From Wolbachia endosymbiont of Onchocerca ochengi (GTDB lineage Bacteria; Pseudomonadota; Alphaproteobacteria; Rickettsiales; Anaplasmataceae): 32,000 bases of DNA. The notes below the pieces were generated by a model that saw only the letters and a list, made by a program, of their open reading frames with translations, had not been told where the DNA came from and searched no databases. Location of the stretch: contig NC_018267.1 of the NCBI RefSeq assembly GCF_000306885.1, positions 570,001-602,000 on the forward strand. The letters are read 5' to 3'. Below, piece by piece: positions 1 through 9,897 of this stretch (within the stretch, counting starts at the first letter, position 1; each line of letters opens with the position of its first letter). The position numbers and the translations under genes are program-made.

Positions 1-128
1 GAATTAATTTTACGGACTTTGCTTTAACTGTCTTTTACCTTTGTTGTATAAAGTGTTTAATATAGGGCTATCATAGCTTTTGATATGATATTATACAGCC
101 ATTATGTTCCTTTCTTCAAAAGATCTTT

Positions 129-908
129 TTACCCTATAACACATATAACTGGCGTATGATCAGATGGATTTTTCAACTTGCGCAATTTGTCATCTATATA
201 GCATGTTTCTAACCTATCGGCAGCTTGGGGTGATAATAGTATATAATCTATTCGCATTCCTTGATTATTTCGGAATGAATTATCTTGGTAATGCCACCAA
301 GTAAACTGCTGTAAATCTGGATTAGATATTCTAAATGCGTCTTTAAACCCAAGATTCAAAATTGCTCTCAATTTTTCACGTTCTCTTATATGGAAACACA
401 CTTTGCCATTCAATAAAATTGGGTCAAAAACGTCAATTCCATCTAGTGCAACATTATAATCACCAGCTACAATAGTTAGCTCTTCATTTTTCAATAAATT
501 GATTATTTTTTCATATAAATTGTCAAAAAACTTAAGCTTATATGCAAATGCATTAGAATCTGGGCTCTGGCCATTTGGGACGTATATACTCACTACTCTT
601 ATCTTTTGATTATCGTACTTTACTACACATTCTATATAACGTGCTTCTTGGTAACCTTCTACAATGTCAATTTTAAATTTCTCTAGTATTAGGTATTTAG
701 ATAAAACACAAACACCGTTTCTCGCAACTTGCCCATAAACAGCACATTTATATCCAAGCTTTTTTATTTCTTCGTAAGGAAACTGTTTTTCTGTGCATTT
801 TGTCTCTTGTAGCAAAATTATATCTATTTGATTATCAATTATGAGATTGCAGATTTGGTCAATTCTTTTACGTATAGAGTTCACATTCCAAGTTGCAATT
901 TTTAACAT
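129..908 (-). CDS. xth: exodeoxyribonuclease III (AP endonuclease, Xth family)
   Basis: 259 aa ORF starting MLKIATWNVNSIR. It has the ...LQETK..., ...GDYNV... and C-terminal ...SDHTPV... blocks typical of the ExoIII/EEP fold. Its ATG (906-908) overlaps the hemD stop as TGATG. Confidence 0.9.
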   Translation of the reverse strand: MLKIATWNVNSIRKRIDQICNLIIDNQIDIILLQETKCTEKQFPYEEIKKLGYKCAVYGQVARNGVCVLSKYLILEKFKIDIVEGYQEARYIECVVKYDNQKIRVVSIYVPNGQSPDSNAFAYKLKFFDNLYEKIINLLKNEELTIVAGDYNVALDGIDVFDPILLNGKVCFHIREREKLRAILNLGFKDAFRISNPDLQQFTWWHYQDNSFRNNQGMRIDYILLSPQAADRLETCYIDDKLRKLKNPSDHTPVICVIG

Positions 909-1621
909 CAGTAATTCTTATTAATTATATTAATTAAACTTTCCCTAGTAGGTAACCTCGATGTTATAATTTTTTTCCATTTGATCGACTTTAAACTGTC
1001 AGCGATATTTTTACTCATAGTATATGCAATTATATTGCTTATTGTGTGAGATAAACCACTTTTTAGAACTAAAGAACAAAATACTCTCGCTGTCTGTGAA
1101 GAAAAAAAAACAACACCATTAATTTTATTACCCGATAACAAGTTTTTGCACCTGTTAGTTAAACTTTTTTTAACGATTGTTTTGTAGAGTATAACTTCTC
1201 TTACACAAAAACCTTCTTCAGATAACCTTTTTTTTAAATCGCATGATACCTCTTGTCCTCTTATGTACAAGAACTTCACTGCTATTGAATAGTGATTTTT
1301 TATGAACGATATCAACCCATCAACATTACTATCTGCTGATACAATATCAGAAAATCCTAAATCCTTTGCAGTTTGCATCGTTGAATTGCCAACAGTAATG
1401 ATTGGAAGATCACCTATCTTACATATCTGACTAAATGCCTTTACACTGTTCTTGCTTGTGGATATTACTACGTCAAATTTATATGCAGATATGTCAGGCT
1501 GTAAATGCTTTATTGTGAATACTGGTTCTATATATACTTTATATCCATGTTTTTTCAGTGCATTTCTTGTGTTTAGTGAATCTAATAAAGGCCTCGTTAA
1601 TAAAATAGACTTCATTCTCAT
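908..1621 (-). CDS. hemD: uroporphyrinogen-III synthase (HEM4 family)
   Basis: 237 aa ORF. The N-terminal ILLTRP... and C-terminal GVVFFSSQTARVF pattern and the size fit HemD. The family is weakly conserved, so the call is moderate. Confidence 0.65.
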   Translation of the reverse strand: MRMKSILLTRPLLDSLNTRNALKKHGYKVYIEPVFTIKHLQPDISAYKFDVVISTSKNSVKAFSQICKIGDLPIITVGNSTMQTAKDLGFSDIVSADSNVDGLISFIKNHYSIAVKFLYIRGQEVSCDLKKRLSEEGFCVREVILYKTIVKKSLTNRCKNLLSGNKINGVVFFSSQTARVFCSLVLKSGLSHTISNIIAYTMSKNIADSLKSIKWKKIITSRLPTRESLINIINKNY

Positions 1622-1681
1622 TTGCTTTACTATAGGTGAAAATAATACCTCTATAAACGAATTGCTGAATAAAAATTTTTG

Positions 1682-2774
1682 AGCTACAGCAATGGTAAGG
1701 AGTACTAGTACTCTTACTGATTTAAAGTTTTCTAATTTTCATTACTTTTTATGAATTATCTTCAGTTTTAAGCATAAAGGTTAATTCTTTTTCATCTAGA
1801 GTTGCCTTATTCATCTTATAGCAACTACTTATGTAACATCTATATTTGTTGCTGACTTTTATCCACTTTTTCATTATTAAAGATTTTAGATATAATATTA
1901 TCCATCTTTCTACAGCTCCTATGTTCTATATATCAAACTGTTTTCACTATACTTAATTACTGTATATATATCATCTATGAATTTTTGATTATTCTTATTA
2001 AACTTAGATACTATATAATTTATATCTTTCTCAAAAAAAGTTGAAGTAATTATCAGAAAGGCTATTGTATTCAACTATGTAATTTGTGTAGTTAGACTCA
2101 ATTAAACTAATATTTTCTTCAGAGAACTCTGTAGAAGAGCTTATAAAAGCTATTATAATATCAACTAATTACGTTAATAAATCATTAATATAATGACTGT
2201 ACTCCTATATAAATTAAACAAGTTAACTTGTTAATGCACATCAGCAATTTACCTATTGGTTTCTTCTATAACTTGCTAATCATTAATCATAAGCTCGACC
2301 AATGTTGGTTGTCATAATAACATGGCCTAAGATGGAGAAGTAGTAGAAATGAAAGGGATGGTAAAAGGTTCTAGCAAGTATAGGTGTGACTTCTTTTATT
2401 AGGAAATTAGATACTAAATGCGATATCAAAACAAATTTTTATTAATTTTTTTTATCTAAGACAAGAGTACTTTCTACGCTAAGCTAATTATTAAGATAAT
2501 ATTTCAAAAATGATCTTTTAGTAACCATATATTTAAGGCAGATGAAAGTGTATTTAATGTAGTGTCAACAATACTGAAATGCTGACCTGTAGGCAGGAAA
2601 GATATATCAAAGCTGATACTTGCTGTATACTCGATAAAAGAAATAATAGATAGTACAATAGTTAAACGCTTTTTTTGTAAGTAAGCCTTTCCTCTTAACA
2701 AAACTTGTGAGCTTAGATACAAGTAAGTATATTACGGAGTTGATTTGTTTAAGAAACAATATAAAAATTAAGAG
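1682..2774. other. gene-free, stop-dense spacer (probable eroded gene remnants)
   Basis: No ORF of 60 aa or more apart from two short ones that run into the tRNA. The T-rich plus strand at about 1740-2300 resembles the antisense of minus-strand coding sequence elsewhere in the window. Confidence 0.4.
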
Positions 2775-2859
2775 TGCCCGAGAGAAGACTTGAACTTCCA
2801 TAACTTTAAAAGTTACTAGCACCTGAAGCTAGCGCGTCTACCAATTTCGCCACCCGGGC
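2775..2859 (-). tRNA. tRNA-Leu (anticodon CAG)
   Basis: The reverse complement reads GCCCGGG TG GCG-AAATTGGTAGA-CGC G CTAGC-TTCAGGT-GCTAG, then a long variable arm AACTT-TTA-AAGTT, then GGAAG-TTCAAGT-CTTCT CTCGGGC A. This gives a 7-bp acceptor stem with one G-U pair, a class II variable arm and a canonical T-loop. No CCA is encoded. Confidence 0.9.
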
Positions 2860-2921
2860 TTTTTATAGTTTACTATGTTAAAATTAAATAATATACTTAA
2901 GCAATTTTTAGTTTAAAGGTA

Positions 2922-4349
2922 ATGCCAGATAATGTAAATTTAGATCAGATATTTTTTGCTCATAATAATGTTAATATTAATAATATATATAAAATAGTTA
3001 ACAGTGTTTTGAGCAATAGTAATTGTGGTGAGCTATTTTTAGAATTTTGCCAATCAGAGTCCTTGATTTTTGATAATAATGTACTGAAACATATAGATTT
3101 GAATACCAGAAGGGGGTTTAGTTTAAGGGTTTTTTGTGAGAGTAGTACGTCTTTTATCTGTTCTTCTGAGATTAGTGAAAGAGAAATTAGTCATGCTGCT
3201 TCCATAGTAAGAAGTTCAATATCTTTAGATAAAACAAGTTCAACAAGCTTGAAAAAAGAGACAAAAAATCTGTATCCAAGGATTAACCCCATAAATGAAA
3301 TAGACCTGATCTCAAAAATGAGACTACTCGATGAAGTTAACGAATATGTAAGGTCCAAAAATACCTTCGTGAAACAAGTAAAAATAACTCTGAGTGGAGA
3401 ATGGCAAGTTGTGCAAATAATAAAAGATGATCACAGATTAAGTGATATCAGGCCTCTAGTGTGTTTTAATGTGTTAGTTATTGTAGAGAAAAATGGTCGC
3501 ACTGAAAGGGGTTTTGCAGGACATGGTGGGAGAGACTCTTATAGTAAATTTATTTCTGAGAAAATGTGGAAAAAAGTTGCAAATCAAGCATTAGAACAAG
3601 CATTGGTAAACCTTGAGGCAATTCCGACTCCAGCTGGAGAGATGATAGTTGTCTTGGGTCCAGGTTGGCCGGGAATATTATTACATGAAGCTGTGGGTCA
3701 TGGGCTTGAGGGTGACTTTAATCGTAAGGGAGTTTCAGCATTTTCAAACTCTATTGGTAAGCAAGTAGCAGCTGGTGGTATTACAGTAGTTGATGATGGA
3801 ACTCTACCTAATTTACGTGGTTCTATTAGAATAGATGATGAAGGTACTGCACCTTGTTGCAATGTATTGATAGAAGATGGAATTCTTAAAGGATATATGC
3901 AAGATCATATGAACGCTAAACTTATGGGTATGAATTCAACTGGTAATGGTAGAAGGGAAAGCTATAAGGAAATTACTATGCCACGCATGACAAACACTTA
4001 TATGTTACCAGGGAAGTATACACCAGAAGAGATAATATCTAGCGTAAAAAGGGGTATATATGCAGTGAACTTCAGTGGTGGGCAAGTTGATATAACGTCA
4101 GGAAAATTTGTTTTTTCATCCTCAGAGGCTTATTTGATAGAAAATGGTAAAGTTATACAGCCAATCAAAGGGGCGACATTGATTGGTGATGGTCCAACAG
4201 TGTTGAAAAAAGTATCTATGGTTGGTAACGATTTAAGATTAGATCCAGGTGTTGGTACATGCTTAAAAGATGGGCAAAGTATACCCATTGGAGTTGGTCA
4301 ACCGACACTTAAGGTTAACTCAATCACAGTAGGCGGAACTGAGTTATAA
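2922..4349 (+). CDS. tldD: TldD-family metalloprotease
   Basis: 475 aa ORF with the HEAVGHGLEGD zinc motif and a conserved C-terminal half (GRRESY..PRMTNTY, GIYAVNFSGGQVD..GKF). Confidence 0.9.
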   Translation: MPDNVNLDQIFFAHNNVNINNIYKIVNSVLSNSNCGELFLEFCQSESLIFDNNVLKHIDLNTRRGFSLRVFCESSTSFICSSEISEREISHAASIVRSSISLDKTSSTSLKKETKNLYPRINPINEIDLISKMRLLDEVNEYVRSKNTFVKQVKITLSGEWQVVQIIKDDHRLSDIRPLVCFNVLVIVEKNGRTERGFAGHGGRDSYSKFISEKMWKKVANQALEQALVNLEAIPTPAGEMIVVLGPGWPGILLHEAVGHGLEGDFNRKGVSAFSNSIGKQVAAGGITVVDDGTLPNLRGSIRIDDEGTAPCCNVLIEDGILKGYMQDHMNAKLMGMNSTGNGRRESYKEITMPRMTNTYMLPGKYTPEEIISSVKRGIYAVNFSGGQVDITSGKFVFSSSEAYLIENGKVIQPIKGATLIGDGPTVLKKVSMVGNDLRLDPGVGTCLKDGQSIPIGVGQPTLKVNSITVGGTEL

Positions 4350-5264
4350 GCTATGCTGACTTTCTGTTACTTTTCGCCGTTTATTTTCTTTTTCTTGGAA
4401 GGGCTGATTTTGGTTTGCCTTAACTTGCTTAGGTACAGTAGATGGCTTACTATTTTCTCTTGCTTGAACAGATTGTTTACTTTTCTCAATTTGGGTTTCT
4501 AAAATTTTACTAATGCCCCCACTAATTTCATTACTCCACTTTTTCTTACTTGACGAATGAGGATTATATAAGGTACCTTTTTTGTCATTAAAAAAAAGGC
4601 TCTTTATTGCACCTGATATGGGCAATATAAGAAGAATACCATTGATTGTTGATGTGATTGGGCCAGTGCCAAATATTAGTACTGAAAAAGAAAAAAGAAT
4701 AATAGGAAATAAAAGTTTACGTAAGAACGTTATTACCATTTCTTCATCGCTAAATGGTAGTTTATCATCTTCTTTTTTACCTTTGTCGGAAAATAGCAAT
4801 CCATTCTTAAAAGAACTAAAGAAGTTCTTAGGATCTATCTTAACTCCAAATAATCGTCCAGCAAACTTTATAAGAGAGTCTTTAGCTTCTGTGTTGCATA
4901 TATCAGATATGCACTCATTAACTACTTTTCCTATTTTATCCTTATTTGAATTTTTTTTATTCGCTAAATTTTTTTTCCTGATTTTCTCAAGTACAGAAAG
5001 TAAAAATTGAAGGAAATTCTCTTCACTAAGTTGTTTTATATCTTTTGGTCTGACATTTTTAAATATAGCCTGATTTTGATCTAGCATAAAAGTAAGTGTT
5101 GCCTTGTCATCTTCCTTTAACTCTTCAGATTGTACTTTATTTTTTAGCGACTCTATAAAGGTATCATAGATCACTCTATGTTTCTCTTCGAAAATTACTT
5201 CACCCTTTATTATCTGAGTAGATGACTTTGAAAGATTTAAATCCTTCGTTTGCAGAGGTATCAT
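4344..5264 (-). CDS. hypothetical membrane protein (orphan)
   Basis: 306 aa ATG-started ORF whose coding-strand composition matches neighbouring real genes. It has a Lys/Glu-rich N-terminal half, a hydrophobic hairpin (LLFPIILFSFSVLIFGTGPITSTINGILLILPISGAI) and a basic Lys/Gln-rich tail. I recognise no family. Confidence 0.55.
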   Translation of the reverse strand: MIPLQTKDLNLSKSSTQIIKGEVIFEEKHRVIYDTFIESLKNKVQSEELKEDDKATLTFMLDQNQAIFKNVRPKDIKQLSEENFLQFLLSVLEKIRKKNLANKKNSNKDKIGKVVNECISDICNTEAKDSLIKFAGRLFGVKIDPKNFFSSFKNGLLFSDKGKKEDDKLPFSDEEMVITFLRKLLFPIILFSFSVLIFGTGPITSTINGILLILPISGAIKSLFFNDKKGTLYNPHSSSKKKWSNEISGGISKILETQIEKSKQSVQARENSKPSTVPKQVKANQNQPFQEKENKRRKVTESQHSL

Positions 5265-5310
5265 GACTGACCTATTTGCATTTGCCTATACTTTAATTAT
5301 AATGTATCTT

Positions 5311-7899
5311 TCATATTAATTCAAATGGTTTATTTTTAGAATTTACAGCGTTTAAGTCATAATTAAGAGAATTTGAGCCCCAGTTGTCGCTAATTTTTAT
5401 CTCCACTTCAAGCGGTACAGAAATTTTTACTGCATTTTCCATCACGTTTTTCATAAGTTTTGCTGTTTCTTGTACTTTACTGTTCTCCACCTCAACCAGT
5501 AGCTCGTCATGAACTTGGAGAATTATTTTACCTGACTTTAACTGATCATGAAGTTGAACCATTGCAAGTTTTATTATGTCAGCAGCAGTTCCTTGCACGG
5601 GTGCGTTTATTGCTGCCCTTTCTGCAAATTGCCTTAGATAAGGGATTGTGTTGTTTATGTCTTTTAGAAAGCATCTTCTACCGAATAAGGTTTCTACATA
5701 GCCGTGCTGCCTTGCAGCAGATACCTTTTCTTCCATATAGATCTTTATCTCTGGATAACAGGAGAAGTAATAGTCAATATATTCAGCAGCTTCTCGAACG
5801 GTAATTTTAAACCTTCTCGCAAGGCCAAATGGGCTAATGCCATATATAATTCCAAAATTAACAGATTTTGCTTTTTGTCTTAGCTGCTTATCCACATTTG
5901 CACCTTCTTGCACTCTAAAAACCTGTCTTGCAGTGATATTGTGAATATCTTGTTTATTCACAAAAGCTTCTTTAAATGCTGTAATATTTGCAATATGTGC
6001 CAAGAGTCTTAATTCTATTTGTGAATAATCAGCAGAAATTATCTTACATCCTTTTGGAGCAATAAATGCTTGCCTGATAAGATTTCCCTCTTTGCTCCTG
6101 ATAGGAATATTCTGCAAATTAGGATTACTGGAGCTGAGCCTACCTGTTGCAGTTGTTGAGAAAATTGTATGTACTCTACCATCAAGGGGATCTACCCGCT
6201 TTACTAGTGCGTCAGTGTATGTACCCTTTAGTTTACTTAAATGTCGCCAACCTAAGATCTTACTTGCAATTTTAACTCCTTCTATTTCAAGTTCTTCTAA
6301 TACTTCAGAGCTTGTGCTATACGATCCAGACTTTAACTTTTTCTTTTTACTAAGCCCCATCTTATCAAACAAAATGTCACTTAATTGTTTTGGCGAAGCA
6401 ATATTAAATCTTTCTCCTGCTAAGTTATATATGTTACTCTCAAGCACAGTTAGTGATTGTTGAAATTTACCGGATAGCTCCTGTAGCTTTTGAGTATCTA
6501 GCAATATTCCATTTTTTTCCATGTTGAGTATCACTTTCACAAGTGGCTTATCGAAGCGTTCGTAGATTGTAAAAAGCTTTTCTTGAAATAGTCTTTGCGT
6601 TAACTTTTTATGGATCGTTATTAAAGCTTTTGCTGAGAAAGCCTCTATATCTTCACTTAAACTATGTGCAACTATACTTGGAATGCTGTGATCGTGCTTT
6701 CCTGTGTCAAGACTATACGACATCGTCATCAAATCATCAACTGAGCATAATGCTTTCTCTATTGCAGGAAATATTTTTTTGATCTTTCTAATATTGTGTA
6801 TTATTTTCAACATCCCATTTGCAAGTAAATTTGAGTTCACTATAATGAGCGAATCTTGTAGGCAGTTTTGATTTATGTAAAAAATACTGTTTTCACTGCA
6901 AGATAAGGAAACTTTACTTAACACGTTATTTTCAAAATGGCAATAGATTGCAATTTTACCCTCATATCTGCAATGCTCCAAAAATTTTTCTAATTCTTTG
7001 TTTCTATATTCTATTTTCCTTTTAATGCTAGGTTCACTATAAGGAAAAAGCTTTTCTACTTTGCCTATTAATGAATTAAATTCATATTTCTTTAAAAAAA
7101 ATAATAATTTCTTCATATTTGGAGGGTAGACCTTATGCTTTGCAATATCACAGTGAAGATTCACTTTTTCACATAGCGATAGAAGCTTTCTTGAAATGAA
7201 TGCTTTTTCCTTATGTTCAGTGAAAATATCACGAATCCTTACTTGCTTGATGCAACTAATATTTGCCATAATATTATCTAACGAATCAAATTCATCCAGA
7301 AGTTTAACTGCAGTTTTTGGACCTATTCCTGGAATGCCAGGAATGTTATCAGATGCATCTCCAGTTAGAGAAAATAAATCAAGAAGCCTGTTTGAATTTA
7401 CGCCAAATTTTTCTATTACTTGTTTTTCATTTATGTATATATTTTTAATAGGATCAAATATTAGTATGTTGTAATTCAACAGCTGAAATAAGTCTTTATC
7501 TGATGAGACTACTACTACTTTAAAGTCTTGGCGGTTGGCATATTTTATAGCTAGTGTTGCAATTATGTCATCTGCTTCATAGCCTTCAATTTCTTCGTAG
7601 CTAAGGTTAAAAGCTTCTACTGCCTCTCTCAGTATTGCAAACTGTAGAGTTAAATCCTTAGGGGGTGTTATTCTGTTCGCTTTATACTCAGGATATGAAT
7701 CGTGCCTGAAATTTTTCTTGCCAGAGTCAAATGCTATAGTTAAGTAATCTGAATATGTAATATATTTAAGAATCATATTAAGAAAACCATACACAGCCCC
7801 TATTGGGGTACCGGTTGTGGTAGTTAAATGATGTAAAACGTAATAAGCTCTGAAAAGAAAGCCGTAACCATCAATAATTGTGAAAGTTTTTTCTTGCAC
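5311..7899 (-). CDS. polA: DNA polymerase I
   Basis: 862 aa ORF with a GTG start directly after an in-frame stop. The 5-prime nuclease motifs are present (DGYGFLFRAYY, EADDIIATLA, GDASDNIPGIPGIGPKTA), as are Pol A-family motifs A (ADYSQIELRLLAH), B (RQKAKSVNFGIIYG) and C (QVHDELLVEV). Confidence 0.95.
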   Translation of the reverse strand: MQEKTFTIIDGYGFLFRAYYVLHHLTTTTGTPIGAVYGFLNMILKYITYSDYLTIAFDSGKKNFRHDSYPEYKANRITPPKDLTLQFAILREAVEAFNLSYEEIEGYEADDIIATLAIKYANRQDFKVVVVSSDKDLFQLLNYNILIFDPIKNIYINEKQVIEKFGVNSNRLLDLFSLTGDASDNIPGIPGIGPKTAVKLLDEFDSLDNIMANISCIKQVRIRDIFTEHKEKAFISRKLLSLCEKVNLHCDIAKHKVYPPNMKKLLFFLKKYEFNSLIGKVEKLFPYSEPSIKRKIEYRNKELEKFLEHCRYEGKIAIYCHFENNVLSKVSLSCSENSIFYINQNCLQDSLIIVNSNLLANGMLKIIHNIRKIKKIFPAIEKALCSVDDLMTMSYSLDTGKHDHSIPSIVAHSLSEDIEAFSAKALITIHKKLTQRLFQEKLFTIYERFDKPLVKVILNMEKNGILLDTQKLQELSGKFQQSLTVLESNIYNLAGERFNIASPKQLSDILFDKMGLSKKKKLKSGSYSTSSEVLEELEIEGVKIASKILGWRHLSKLKGTYTDALVKRVDPLDGRVHTIFSTTATGRLSSSNPNLQNIPIRSKEGNLIRQAFIAPKGCKIISADYSQIELRLLAHIANITAFKEAFVNKQDIHNITARQVFRVQEGANVDKQLRQKAKSVNFGIIYGISPFGLARRFKITVREAAEYIDYYFSCYPEIKIYMEEKVSAARQHGYVETLFGRRCFLKDINNTIPYLRQFAERAAINAPVQGTAADIIKLAMVQLHDQLKSGKIILQVHDELLVEVENSKVQETAKLMKNVMENAVKISVPLEVEIKISDNWGSNSLNYDLNAVNSKNKPFELI

Positions 7900-9897
7900 T
7901 CTGAGTATTCACATGTGTCCTTGATACTCTATTATTTGGATGTAAAAATCAAGTCTTTGTTTTCTGCTTTTGATCATTACAAGAGATTTTTATTTAGAAC
8001 AATATTAATACATAGTTAATAGTTAACATTTTAAATTAAGTTGTATGCTAGCAAATTGAAAGCTTAAAATGGACAAAAAAGAGAGCTAAAAGGATCAAGT
8101 CATCTAGCTGAACTATAAAAGCAAGGCGTAAATTCAGTAAATTAGATACTGGCAGCTTGATTATTCTTAACTCTGTTTCAAAGTAATCGGTAGAGCAACG
8201 TTAATAAAAGTAAGATTTAGGATTAAAGAAAAATAATCAAATCTCTGAGAAAGATAGAACTCACTTTTTGTTAACCATTCACCTTAATTCAGGTGTAGAG
8301 TTAGTATCAAATGATAGCGGAATATTGTTAAGCTCTAGTATAATAAATGACAGCGAAATGCTTGTAGCATCAAAATAAAGTGTTATCTGGTTAAACATAC
8401 TGGCTAACTTAATAGCAAAAGATCACCATTAATCAAGATCGGTGATTAGTGGAAAATCACTTATTCAGGAAAAATTAAAAAAGTTAGCGTTTCTGGAATG
8501 CTAACACTAAGAGATTTTGTTACACTGGGAAAAGATCATCTCAGATAAAGAGTAAACCTAAGTAAACTCAAAAAGAGGCTAAGCAGGCTACTAGTCTTGA
8601 CGATCAAATTAAAGCTCTGTAGAGTAGCAAAATAATTTGCAATAGAAGCTTGCTAAGCCTAATCGAGTAGAGGAAGTCATTTATACTTATAAAAGTAAAA
8701 GAGCATAAAACTAAAGAGAGAAAGCTAAATGGAGAGTTGAGAGCTTAGTAGAAAATTTTAAAATGATAAAAGCTTAGAATTTTGGATTCTACAAATGGAT
8801 CTTGCGATATAAGTAACCCTAACAAATAAATATTTAAAAAATGAATAGATAAAATGGTATAGGTGTTATATGTGTGCTAATAGCTGTGATGGTTTTTTTT
8901 GAATTCAATGTCTCTAGTATGTAAAGCTCTTCAAGAAATACTAAAAAGCTAATTCTTTACATATGAAAGTAAATAGATCCAGCCCTCAGATATGATGCAT
9001 CAAGTTAAAGCTCTATTGTAAAGTAGTAACATAAAAGAAAAATGCGAGAAAAATTTAAAAGAGATATATTAAGTTTTAAAGAACGAAATAGGTAAAAACG
9101 GAAAAAACTTTAACTTTAAAAATGATCAATGTATTAATAGATTAGGAAAATAGAAACGTGTCATTAGGTTCAATCATGGAATCTATACAAACAGTGTAAC
9201 TATTGTAACAGATATCAAATTTCTGGAGAAAAGATCTAAGATTTAATGTAAAAAACACAAAACAATGGCTACAACTAATATAAACTATTTTCGTTATCTT
9301 ATAGCAAGATCGCCTAATCCTATTGTAATTATTGTGATTAACTTTATTGATTATTCTTGGGCTATTAAATTTTCTTTGTTGCTCCAGTTCTCTTATATTG
9401 TTAATAAAACTTAATTCCTTATCATGGAGTTTGATTTTTAACGTTTGTATTTTTCTTTAAGTCTTTATGATTTGGTTTATTGCCTACTATTTTAGTAGTG
9501 CTATTATTGTTAGAGCTTAGTGTAACGCTACATTCTTTTTCGTTGATGTACCTGCTTGAATTCATATTTATGTAAGAAATTAACTAATTCATAATATATA
9601 ATTTTTTTATCATTCTTATCTTTGCAATATAGTAATTATATCTTTTTTTTAGTATCATCACCTAACATTGAAAAACCTATGATCTTATTATTTTCGTAAA
9701 GCTTACTATCTAAAAGTTTGCTTATTTCAATACCTGTACTCTTATCTTTCAATATTATTCTCGTATGAAGACTACTATTGTTATTACAGTGATCTTGATG
9801 AATTGATATATAATTAATAACGCTACATTAATATACCCGCAAATTTTGCTTCAGCTTTTTTCCTAAACAGGAAATACTAATAAATTAGTATATTTTA
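7900..9897. other. 2.0-kb gene-free, stop-dense block (probable eroded pseudogenes)
   Basis: No ORF of 60 aa or more in any frame across 1998 bp. The plus strand is purine-rich from about 8040 to 9250 and T-rich from about 9290 to 9890. Confidence 0.5.

Noticed and set aside
2504-2822. Minus-strand ORFs 2504-2722 and 2607-2822
   Set aside because: They are short hydrophobic or odd-composition ORFs in the eroded spacer. The second overlaps the tRNA-Leu gene (2775-2859) on the same strand, so it cannot be a real CDS.
5460-7474. Plus-strand ORFs 5460-5804, 6092-6463 and 7196-7474 inside polA
   Set aside because: All are antisense to polA conserved domains. I recognised no motifs, and they have a leucine/serine-rich artefact composition.
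9873-9890. Perfect palindrome ATACTAATAAATTAGTAT just downstream of the hslU stop, considered as a rho-independent terminator
   Set aside because: The stem is almost entirely A/T and the loop is very short. On the transcribed strand it is not followed by a U-run. Such palindromes are expected by chance in DNA this AT-rich.
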